This document shows positions 56,801-64,000 of a stretch of DNA of 64,000 nt, piece by piece. The translations under genes were made by a program, and so were the position numbers. The DNA comes from a virus (taxonomy: Duplodnaviria > Caudoviricetes). Each line of letters begins with the position of its first letter. Positions within the stretch are counted from its first letter, which is position 1. Location: IMG/VR virus record IMGVR_UViG_3300043642_000037, positions 32,001-96,000 of that record; one strand, given 5' to 3'. Under the pieces are notes generated by a model, which was given only the letters and a program-made list of their open reading frames with translations, was not told the DNA's origin and searched no databases.

Positions 56801-58187
56801 CGCCGAGGTCGCCCCCGGGGAACGCGACCACGGCCCTCGCCATGTCCGCGGCCTTGAGGTACTCGTCCTTACCCGTCCGGACGTTTCGCACCGGCGCGTA
56901 CAGGTTGCCGTGATCGTCTCGTCTCGTGCCCACGCCGACGCGCAGGTCCACGCCGACCTTGAAGGACTCGGGCACGCGCGTGGGATCGATGATGCCGAGA
57001 TGCGTGGGATGGACGTCCCGCGCCTCGAGGGGAATGGCGCGCTCGGACGCGATCGCACCCTCGCCCAGCAGGGTGACGCGCGACGCCTCGTCGATAAGCT
57101 CCATCGGGTTTATCTGCATCGGGACCGCCGACAACGAGCTTGTCGTCAGGAACCCGGTGACGGCCCGCGTGAGAGGCGCGGCAGGCAGGGCGTCCTTGAT
57201 CGAGCCGCGGCTGGCGTCCAGCTTCCAGCCCAGCTTGTTGCGCATGGCCCGGGCGTTCAGCTGCAGGCGCTCCTTGACGAAGTCGTCCACCGAGTGGAAC
57301 GTCTTGAACGCGAGGCTGTCGCGGTCGTCCACGTCCGCGGCCTTGCGATGAATCTCGAGGATCTTGTTCGACGCGGCGAGCATCGCCTGTCCCGACGCCT
57401 TGTCGAACGGCGCGCCGAGCGTCACGCGGTTGACCTCCGGGTCCATCGACGTCGCGTCGAGGTACTCGCGAATGGCTCCGACGCGGGCCTCGGGCGTCGC
57501 GTGGTTCCGCTTGGCCGGGTGGATCAGGGCCTCGTAGAGACGCCCGACGTGGGCGTCAGGCGATCGAAAGGCGTCGCGATTGACGGCCGCGACCTGCGAT
57601 CCCCAGCTTCGAACGATGTCCGGATGCGGGACGTCGAGGGCGCGAAGGACCGGGTAGAGCGCGACGCGGGCGGTCGTGTGCCCCGGCTGCATGTACAGCA
57701 GGCCCTTCTCGGGCTCCATCATGACCTTGAAGTTCGCGCCCTTCGACAGGTTGAAGGCGGCCTCCAGCTCCTCGTTGCCCCGTCGCCTGACGTAGACGCC
57801 CGGCTTGGTCCGGAGCTGGTTGGACACCGAGTACTCGGTGCCGTCGAGAATGAACGTGTGGCGCGGTGTGAAGTAGGGAAGGTGGAGCAGCGTGAATCCC
57901 TGCGCGCGACTGGTCACCGCGCCCTGGGCGTCGCGCACGGTCAGGTCGCCGCGGACGCGCTCGGACAGCGTCTTTCCCTCGAGGATGGCCACCTTCTGCT
58001 CGCGCGACGAGAACTCGCGCGGCTCGACCCTGGCGTCGGCCAGCTCGACCGTCCACTTGCCCGCCTTCATGGGGAAGGCCCTGCCGAGCCCCTGAATGGC
58101 CGCCTGGCGGATCTTCTCCCGGCGCGTGGCGCTGTCCTCGAGGACCGGCCTTAGAACCGGCTGCGTTTTGGTAGAAGCATCCGTCAT
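53811..58187 (-). CDS. Phage RNA polymerase, beta fused to the beta' N-terminal (catalytic) part
   Basis: RDVHPTHLG, NRALMASKHQGQA, GDKISNRFGAKGVV, GKMEF; then DVSGRATI, NRAPSL, NADYDGD. Confidence 0.93.
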   Translation of the reverse strand: MTDASTKTQPVLRPVLEDSATRREKIRQAAIQGLGRAFPMKAGKWTVELADARVEPREFSSREQKVAILEGKTLSERVRGDLTVRDAQGAVTSRAQGFTLLHLPYFTPRHTFILDGTEYSVSNQLRTKPGVYVRRRGNEELEAAFNLSKGANFKVMMEPEKGLLYMQPGHTTARVALYPVLRALDVPHPDIVRSWGSQVAAVNRDAFRSPDAHVGRLYEALIHPAKRNHATPEARVGAIREYLDATSMDPEVNRVTLGAPFDKASGQAMLAASNKILEIHRKAADVDDRDSLAFKTFHSVDDFVKERLQLNARAMRNKLGWKLDASRGSIKDALPAAPLTRAVTGFLTTSSLSAVPMQINPMELIDEASRVTLLGEGAIASERAIPLEARDVHPTHLGIIDPTRVPESFKVGVDLRVGVGTRRDDHGNLYAPVRNVRTGKDEYLKAADMARAVVAFPGGDLGAGRIVDVMKDGSVQRVASSEVTHQVRHASDMYGATTNLLPLLNGMQGNRALMASKHQGQALPLTHREAPLVQVESWNPGMSVEREMVRLIVPTAPSAGRIDKIDADYIHFVPGGEKHAADGPLRLHYDHDFPLAAKTYLNNKLTVKEGDLVREGQPLAESNFTRDGVLALGTNLRVAYMPYRGLNTNDGIVVSQGAADKLTSEHMFHHVLSKAGDVETSREKHRAYFGGRYSARQYDALDESGVARPGTVLQKGDPIIIGVRPETATGDAALLGKLSKSLVRPYAEIVETWTHDHPGVVTDVSKTGERHSATVKTQETLQVGDKISNRFGAKGVVAKIIPDAQMIHDEKGRPVDVILTSAGIITRINPAQLVEASLGKVADHRGEPILVPQFAARDAVAYAKGLLKSNGLSDKETVVDPMTGKSVPGVFVGKSYFLKLFKTTDSNWAAHGAERYDYNQQPARGGDDGAKGIGKMEFDGLVAHNARAVLRESAAIKSQRNDEFWRSVQLGTPAPAPRTPFAYDKLHAMLSGAGVKISKAGSRLALGPLTDADILKMSSGELPDPSKMIRAKDLRPETGGMFDPARTGGMAGTKWSHVELSESIVNPVFEEPVRRLLGLTQKEFAERTGRGGEWFRSELGRIDVPSRLEELRDRSRHLRGAALDDAVKQAKYLAALQAHGLKPADAYVISKVPVTPPIIRPILPLKDGRLQVGDANLLYRDAFLANDQLKDSTKVLPESELHAPRRHLFDAVSALFGVGDPVSPGVLRRGAKGYIATITGSRPGSGFFQSKLMKRQQDVSGRATIAPDPTLSMDEIGVPTDMLWGMYSKFVIGRLVRRGYSAIDAQKLVEDKAPIAKDELINETRERPVMVNRAPSLTRHNIIGAYPRMTEGKTITLNPFAERGTNADYDGDAMQIHAPVTPAGVEDVKRMTLSHQIFADRRPGMLNVAPDMEAVLGLHRATQPASGRTAKRFASLQDARAAYHRGEVALNDHIHIGE

Positions 58188-58552
58188 GGGATCCTGAATG
58201 GCCTGATCTCGGCCTCCTCCGCGCCCCCGCCGCCACCCGCTGCGGGCTGCGGACGCTGAGCCGGCGCGTCAGTGAAGTAGGACAGGATGATCACGACTTC
58301 GCCCTCCTTGGTGAAGGTTCGATCCTCGAATCGGATCTTGCCGCGCCCGGCCCACAGCTCGTTGCAAAGCTCGTCGTACGCTCCGATGTCGCGCGGCAGG
58401 TTGAACACCTGGGTCGTCTGCCGGATCGGCAGGCGCGGGCCCTGCGCCAGGGCCTGCTGCGGAATGCCGAAGGGGCTCGCGATCGGGCTCTGCGTCATCT
58501 GGTTGGCCTGATCGATCACGTCCTGAAAGCCGCCCGGATTTGGCTTGTTCAT
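58184..58552 (-). CDS. Hypothetical protein
   Basis: Between portal and RNAP; TAGGAT 6 nt before ATG. Confidence 0.65.
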   Translation of the reverse strand: MNKPNPGGFQDVIDQANQMTQSPIASPFGIPQQALAQGPRLPIRQTTQVFNLPRDIGAYDELCNELWAGRGKIRFEDRTFTKEGEVVIILSYFTDAPAQRPQPAAGGGGGAEEAEIRPFRIP

Positions 58553-58556
58553 GCCG

Positions 58557-60353
58557 CTATCCTATCTGACCCGAGGCGCCGACGCCGTCCATGTCGGCCC
58601 CGCCCGCGGTCGGATCCTGTCCGGTCCGCGCCACGCTGATCGCGGCGCGGTTCTGCTGGTTGACCGCGTTCTCCATCCGCTCCTTGATCAGCGCGTACAT
58701 CGGCAGGTCGGTGGTCTGGAGCTGGTGCATCTGCGACTGGCGGGTGCCCTGGTCGAGCGGCATGAGCTGCTCCACGACGCTGTCGGCCTGGGCGATCATC
58801 TGCTGCGGATCGTAGGCGGCGCCCTGCTGGCCGAGCTGTGCCTGCGCGCGGACGCGGGCGCCAAGCTCGGTCTGGCGCTTCTGCATCTCGACCTGCGTCT
58901 CCGCGGCCATGCGCGCGTCGTCGAGCATCTCCTGCTTCCGCTTCTTGCGCTCCTCGATCGGGTCGACGTTGAACGGCTTGCCCATCGTGGTCTTGGAGAT
59001 CCAGGGGCCGCCCTGGGGATCCGCCATGTTGAGCTGCATCAGCAGCGCCTTCTGCTGGACGTCGTCGATGAACCTGAACGGCGCAAGCTCGGTCGGCATC
59101 GGTCCCCAGCCGAGCTTGCGGCCCGCGTTGTCGGTGATCCACTGCAGGAAGTCGTTGAGGTCGCCGGTCTGGTGGACGAGCTGGTTCTCCAGGACGCGGA
59201 GCTGGATGCCCGAGCCCATCGCGGAGAACCCGCCGTAGATGAACTCCTTGGGCAGGCCCATGGCCGCGATGATGTTGTCCTCGGCGGCCTGAACCTCGCC
59301 CAGCGTCATGAGGGCGCGCGCCTGGCCGCCGAGGTGCGTGACCTCCGCGGGGACCGGGGACCACATGATGTGCAGCGGGTCGCGGCGCCAGCGCTTGACC
59401 GAGTGCTTCATCTCGTTGGTCCAGGTCGCCAGGTTCATCGACAGGAGCGGGTCGGCGTTGCCGGTCGACTGCTTCGGGCTGACGATGCGAAGCGGCACGA
59501 TGTAGTCCAGCGCGATCGCCTCGTTGGCCTTGCGCAAGACCGCGGCGTAGAAAAACAACTTAATGGTCGACGCCAGCGGCGGGAAGCCCCACTGGGCCTC
59601 GATGCCCGCGGGCGCGTCCATCTTCATGTGGAAGACCTGGTTCTCCGCGAACTTGAAGATCTTGTCGTCCCTCATCGCCTTGAGGAACTCCATGGGCAGG
59701 CTGTCGATCAGGTGCTTGTTGTTCTTGGCGACCCGCTCCTTCATCTCCTTGGGGATCGTCCAGAAGTACTCGCTGTGCCCGGTGATCGGGTTGTAGTCGA
59801 TGTCGACCAGCTTGGGGTCCCACCGGATGATCGCGATCTTGTCGGGGCGCGTGATCGGCTTGTCGACGACCGCGTCGGGGCCGACGTCGACCTTGGTCCG
59901 GCACGACGCGCACTCGTAGCTGAACGAGAGCTTCTTGAGGCGGAACTTGTAGCTGACCGATCCGGCGTTGGACAGTTGGCGGCACGCCGGGCACCGCAGG
60001 AACCGCACGAACGGCGAGTACATCGAGTAGAAGGCGTTGCCGTAGACGAACTTGTCGATGGCCGCCTTGATCAGCCAGCGCTTGGTCTTGAGCTTCTTGT
60101 TGTGCAGGTCCTCGTACTTGGACTTGAGCCCCTCGTTGGTCGTGTCGTACACGATGTCGGTGATGGGGTACGTGCAGAACTTCTGCAGCGCGGCGAATAT
60201 CTGGCTGCAGTTGAAGTAGAGGTATTCGCACAGCCTGAAGAGGTCCTTCAGCTTCCTCGGCGCGAACGCCGTGAGGAAGTCGAACAACGGCGACCCGTGG
60301 CTCGACACGTTGTGGAAGGAGAGATCTGCGGCACCGGGATCGCTGTCCAGCAT
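58557..60353 (-). CDS. Portal protein (probable) with a Zn-ribbon insert
   Basis: About 600 aa at the head of the virion module; WGFPPL...VLRKANEAIA...IIAAMGLPKEFIYGG; CPAC...CASC. Confidence 0.7.
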   Translation of the reverse strand: MLDSDPGAADLSFHNVSSHGSPLFDFLTAFAPRKLKDLFRLCEYLYFNCSQIFAALQKFCTYPITDIVYDTTNEGLKSKYEDLHNKKLKTKRWLIKAAIDKFVYGNAFYSMYSPFVRFLRCPACRQLSNAGSVSYKFRLKKLSFSYECASCRTKVDVGPDAVVDKPITRPDKIAIIRWDPKLVDIDYNPITGHSEYFWTIPKEMKERVAKNNKHLIDSLPMEFLKAMRDDKIFKFAENQVFHMKMDAPAGIEAQWGFPPLASTIKLFFYAAVLRKANEAIALDYIVPLRIVSPKQSTGNADPLLSMNLATWTNEMKHSVKRWRRDPLHIMWSPVPAEVTHLGGQARALMTLGEVQAAEDNIIAAMGLPKEFIYGGFSAMGSGIQLRVLENQLVHQTGDLNDFLQWITDNAGRKLGWGPMPTELAPFRFIDDVQQKALLMQLNMADPQGGPWISKTTMGKPFNVDPIEERKKRKQEMLDDARMAAETQVEMQKRQTELGARVRAQAQLGQQGAAYDPQQMIAQADSVVEQLMPLDQGTRQSQMHQLQTTDLPMYALIKERMENAVNQQNRAAISVARTGQDPTAGGADMDGVGASGQIG

Positions 60354-60426
60354 GGGGATGTTTATCCTATAAACTTTGTAGACATTGCCGCGCGCGTCGT
60401 GTAACGGTGCGCAGGAGGTTTTCCGC

Positions 60427-62388
60427 GTGAACCTTGAGATTCGAGTCGGCGCCGCGGGCAACGGGACGCCCGTGTTCATGGCGACCGGAAGCCACCCGGC
60501 GCTGGGTCGCCCGTTCGGGGCGGTCTACGACTCCGGTCGTCGGCTCTGGATGTACCCGGCGTTCTACCCGGCCTCGAAGAAGGTGCTGGCCGACCTGGAC
60601 GTGATGTCCAAGGACTTCCACGTCACGTTCTCCGATGTCGCGCGGCGCCACGTTGGGGATCTCGAGCACGTCGAGGAGAGTGTAGCGAATCGAGCGCTCC
60701 CCGTGGGGTTCGAGTACGTGACGCGGCCCTACGATCACCAGGTCCTGGGGCTGTGCCACGCGTGGTGGATGCTTCGTGCCGCGGTGTTCTTCGACCCGGG
60801 GCTGGGGAAGTCCAAGATCGCGGTCGACCTCATCCGGCTGATGCGGCACGTCGGCCGGCGCGGCACGGTCCTCGTCCTTGGCCCCCTGGTCACCGTGACC
60901 AACTGGGGTCGGGAGATCGACCGGCACTCCGGCGGCCAGCTCCGGTGGGTGATCCTTCACGGGTCCCCGGACGAGCGCGCGGACATCCTGTCCTCGATCG
61001 TGGAGTCGCCGCCGGACGTCGTGCTTCTCACGTACGACGTGGCCCGCGTGATGTCCGTCGACCTCGTGCGACGGGTGCCGTACGAGGCGATCATATGCGA
61101 CGAGTCCCATCTGGTGAAGTCGTGGGACTCGGGTAGGACGGTCGCGACCTACGACATCGCGCAGAAGGCGTCCCGGCGGGTCCTGATGACGGGGTCCCCG
61201 ACGCAGGGAGACCCGCGGGACACGTACGGCCAGTACAAGATCCTCGGCGACTGCTTCATGCCGGAGGACTACGCGCGGTTCAAGCGCCAGTTCCTGGTGA
61301 CGCCGAGCCCGCGGTCCCACGCGGTCACCGGGTTCAAGAACCTGGACGTGCTGAACGGTCGGGTGACGTTCCTGTCGCTGCGCAAGACGAAGGAGGAGTG
61401 CCTCGATCTCCCGGAGCAGGTTGTCGTGGACGTCCCCTACTCGCTGTCCAGGACGCAGAAGGTGCTGCACAACCAGCTCGTCGAGCAGATGGAGGTCGAT
61501 CCCGACGTCCTCGCGATCCTCATGTTCGGGCGACAGGCGACGCTCCCGCCGGCGTCCCGCATGCCGCATCGCGCGGCCATGCTGCTCAAGCTGCTGCAGA
61601 TCGCGTCCGGGTTCCTCATCACCAACCCGATCGACGACGCGTTCTGCGACCAGGCCGAGCCGGGCGGCTGCCGGTACCTCGAGGCCTGCGTGGAGGCCCG
61701 GGTTCGCCCGCACACGCCGCGCTGCCTGGTCGACTCGTCGCGACTTCCCGACGTGCTCACGACGTTCGACGAGAACCCCAAGCTCGACGCGACGGAGGAA
61801 CTGCTCGAAACAATCCTGGTCAACCCGACCAACAAGGCGATCATCTGGTGCACGTTCGAGAACGAGCTGAATATCGTGTCCGCCATGCTCGACCGCCGAG
61901 GGTGGGGCCACGTCCGCGTCGACGGGTCCAACAGCCGGGAGGCCCAGGACCTCATCGATCAGTTCACCGTCGACAACGGGCTCCGCGTGTACCTGGCGCA
62001 GGTGTCGACCGGCGTCGGCGTGACGATCAACGCGGCGTCATACATGATCTACTTCGCGCTCCCGTTCTCGCTGATCGTCTACGAGCAGTCCAAGGATCGA
62101 AACTACCGGATCGGGCAGACGCGGAAGGCCACGGTGTATAGGATGCAGGGCGAGGGGACGCCTGAGCCGGCGATCGCGCGCCTTCTCGACGTCAAGATCG
62201 ACGTCGACGACGCGCTCACGCGGCGCACCGACTGCCTGCGCTGCGAGCACAATCCCACGTGCATTCCGGCGGGCGTTCACCCGTTCGACGCCGGGTGCTC
62301 CGTGTACAAGAGAAACATTGACAGACCGGTCACGCGAGCCCGCTCGTTCGAGGGGGCCGACGCGCCGGACGAGACGGAGGAACCTTGA
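60427..62388 (+). CDS. SNF2-family helicase
   Basis: FDPGLGKS, ICDESH, MTGSP, QSKDRNYRIGQ; GGAGG SD before GTG. Confidence 0.9.
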   Translation: MNLEIRVGAAGNGTPVFMATGSHPALGRPFGAVYDSGRRLWMYPAFYPASKKVLADLDVMSKDFHVTFSDVARRHVGDLEHVEESVANRALPVGFEYVTRPYDHQVLGLCHAWWMLRAAVFFDPGLGKSKIAVDLIRLMRHVGRRGTVLVLGPLVTVTNWGREIDRHSGGQLRWVILHGSPDERADILSSIVESPPDVVLLTYDVARVMSVDLVRRVPYEAIICDESHLVKSWDSGRTVATYDIAQKASRRVLMTGSPTQGDPRDTYGQYKILGDCFMPEDYARFKRQFLVTPSPRSHAVTGFKNLDVLNGRVTFLSLRKTKEECLDLPEQVVVDVPYSLSRTQKVLHNQLVEQMEVDPDVLAILMFGRQATLPPASRMPHRAAMLLKLLQIASGFLITNPIDDAFCDQAEPGGCRYLEACVEARVRPHTPRCLVDSSRLPDVLTTFDENPKLDATEELLETILVNPTNKAIIWCTFENELNIVSAMLDRRGWGHVRVDGSNSREAQDLIDQFTVDNGLRVYLAQVSTGVGVTINAASYMIYFALPFSLIVYEQSKDRNYRIGQTRKATVYRMQGEGTPEPAIARLLDVKIDVDDALTRRTDCLRCEHNPTCIPAGVHPFDAGCSVYKRNIDRPVTRARSFEGADAPDETEEP

Positions 62389-62837
62389 AGAACAAGACCA
62401 CCTACGAGATGAGCGACATCATGGGTCTCATCACCAGAGACCTCGAGGAGAAGGGTCTCGCGCCCGACTCCGCGTCGGTCGAGATCTGGGGCCGCGTGGA
62501 CGGAGCCCGCATCAGCGTAAAGGAGATCGAGATCGAGGCCAACGTGTCCTGGGTCGGGGTTCCCGAGCAGGGCGATGCCAGGGCCGCCGCGCCCCGGGCG
62601 CGCAACCGTCGCGAGCCGGACCTGGAGGCGGAGCCCGCCCCGCAGGACCTTCTCGATGAAGCGCCCCGACCCGGCGGCGGGCCCGCGCTCGAGATCGGAA
62701 TCGACGAGGTCACGGCCGCCAGCACTCGCATCGCGCGGTCGGGCGGGCCAGGTCCGTTCTCGCCGGAGCGCGTGAAGCGCCGGCTGACGGAGGGCGAGTC
62801 GACCGAGTATCCGGGCACCACCCCGAGGGAGCGCTGA
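62385..62837 (+). CDS. Hypothetical protein
   Basis: GGAGG SD; TTGA overlap. Confidence 0.65.
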   Translation: MKNKTTYEMSDIMGLITRDLEEKGLAPDSASVEIWGRVDGARISVKEIEIEANVSWVGVPEQGDARAAAPRARNRREPDLEAEPAPQDLLDEAPRPGGGPALEIGIDEVTAASTRIARSGGPGPFSPERVKRRLTEGESTEYPGTTPRER

Positions 62838-63757
62838 TGGCGACCGGGATGGAGGACGTCGAGGATCTCATCGATCCGGCGATCAGCATGCCGTCCGAGG
62901 TCGAGCCGGAGATGTCCGACCTCCTGCCGCGCGGGTATCTGTCGGTGTCGCAGGCCGCGACGTTCATCAAGTGCCCGCGCCAGTGGGCGCTGCTGTACGT
63001 CGAGCAGAAGGCGCGACGGGCGTCCGCGCGGATGCTTCAGGGCGTGTTCGTTCACACGGCCGTGGAGATTGTCCTCAAGGAGATTCTGGCCACCGGAAAG
63101 CTCCCGCCGCTGGCGCTGGCGACGGACACGTTCGCGGACACCTTCGAGGCCAACAAGAGCCTCATCGACGACTGGGAGGACTCGCAACCCGGCCTCGTCA
63201 AGGACGTTGGCATCGAGTGCGCGAAGATCTTCCACCAGAACGCGGGACCGACCTCCACGCCGGTCTCGGTCGAGACCACGTTCCACGTGGTGATCAGGTC
63301 CGAGGACGGCAAGGTCCGGCTCCCGATCCTGGGGCGCATCGACAGCACGCAGGTCCAGGCGCACACCGACGCCGAGTACCAGCAGATTCGAGAGGACCTC
63401 GCCGCGGGGAAGCCGTCACGCAAGCCGCTGAGGATCCACGACCTCAAGGTGTCCGCGGACAAGAAGAACGAGGCCGACATCGAGAACAGCCTCCAGTTCG
63501 CCACGTACGCGCACGTCGAGGGCATCCCCGACGTTCAAATCGACAACCTGGTCAAGGGACGCGCCAAGGTCCCGAGGCCTCGCTACGAGAAGGTCACCGG
63601 CGTCATCACGCCGCGACAGGCCAAGCACGCGCTGCGAGTCCTCGAGGGCGCCGCCCGCTCCATCGCGCTAGGTCACTTTCCGTGCACCGATCCGGACAAC
63701 TGGTGGTGCTCCTCGAAGTGGTGCCCCGTGTGGAAACATTGCAGGGGTGCCGACTGA
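62837..63757 (+). CDS. PD-(D/E)XK (RecB/Cas4-like) nuclease
   Basis: LSVSQ..CPRQW, GRID, IHDLK, QFATY, C-terminal Cys cluster. Confidence 0.85.
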   Translation: MATGMEDVEDLIDPAISMPSEVEPEMSDLLPRGYLSVSQAATFIKCPRQWALLYVEQKARRASARMLQGVFVHTAVEIVLKEILATGKLPPLALATDTFADTFEANKSLIDDWEDSQPGLVKDVGIECAKIFHQNAGPTSTPVSVETTFHVVIRSEDGKVRLPILGRIDSTQVQAHTDAEYQQIREDLAAGKPSRKPLRIHDLKVSADKKNEADIENSLQFATYAHVEGIPDVQIDNLVKGRAKVPRPRYEKVTGVITPRQAKHALRVLEGAARSIALGHFPCTDPDNWWCSSKWCPVWKHCRGAD

Positions 63758-64000
63758 TGGTGAGCCTGAATGACCAGGTGGAATTCCGTGTTTTTCTGGT
63801 TTGGAAACTCATGGACCATGGCCCTGTTCTCGTGGCCATCGACACAAGTCAGTCCCGTGCAGATCAACATGTCCTCCTTGTTCGGGATGAGGCTCGATGC
63901 CTCGAGAAACCAATCCCCGAAACGTTCGTCGAGGAATCGAAGCTGAACCATCTGTACGGGCAAACGGTTTCAGACATCTCGAGCTTCAAGTACGCTTCTG
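63757..64000 (+). CDS. Hypothetical protein, truncated by the window end
   Basis: TGATG overlap; frame MVSLNDQVEFRVFLVW... stays open to the edge. Confidence 0.55.
   Translation, partial: MVSLNDQVEFRVFLVWKLMDHGPVLVAIDTSQSRADQHVLLVRDEARCLEKPIPETFVEESKLNHLYGQTVSDISSFKYAS

Noticed and set aside
55227-58154. Long antisense ORFs (also 26109-28517, 48355-50505, 58545-60404, 8643-10394)
   Set aside because: Shadow frames of GC3-rich genes on the opposite strand, with no recognisable motifs.
51130-58187. Bacterial chromosomal rpoB/rpoC locus
   Set aside because: Non-bacterial split, divergent motifs, and flanking portal and capsid genes rather than ribosomal protein genes.
62837-63757. Cas4 as part of a CRISPR-Cas system
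   Set aside because: Stand-alone RecB/Cas4-like nucleases are common in phage replication modules; no array or cas1 is present.
1-64000. tRNA or rRNA genes, terminase, tape measure, alternative genetic code
   Set aside because: None recognised by eye; genes tile tightly under the standard code using all three stop codons.

Overview
This 64 kb window is part of a high-GC, myovirus-like large (probably jumbo) phage genome. Positions ~1-11.2 kb (+ strand) carry accessory genes: a SLOG fusion, a collagen lipoprotein, a PcfJ-like protein, Dam methylase, an HAD nucleotidase and DUF4326. Positions ~11.2-14.1 kb hold an endolysin-like gene and a short divergent + cluster. Positions ~14-60.4 kb (- strand) form one long virion module: lysis-type membrane genes, spike, tail tube and sheath, neck, major capsid, an intein-split prohead protease, a split multisubunit RNA polymerase (beta+beta'N fusion, separate beta'C) and portal. 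SNF2 helicase and PD-(D/E)XK nuclease genes follow on the + strand. The main unexplained signal is in the virion module. About 13 otherwise unrelated small proteins share a helix motif, A-x3-G-x3-A-h-x-[RK]-[FY]-[GKA]-h, and head-module proteins are densely marked with K-x-A sites that fall at domain and repeat boundaries. I infer a capsid-cargo targeting and proteolytic release system that carries an RNAP, a kinase, an ART-like domain and Gly-zipper proteins. Non-coding signals: a structured RNA at 2518-2688 (two CCUCCCCC-loop hairpins and a type II hammerhead-like core with pseudoknot), an exact 18-bp hairpin+SD element before three genes, and two recurrent promoter-like motifs. All assignments come from reading motifs by eye; no searches or folding programs were run.
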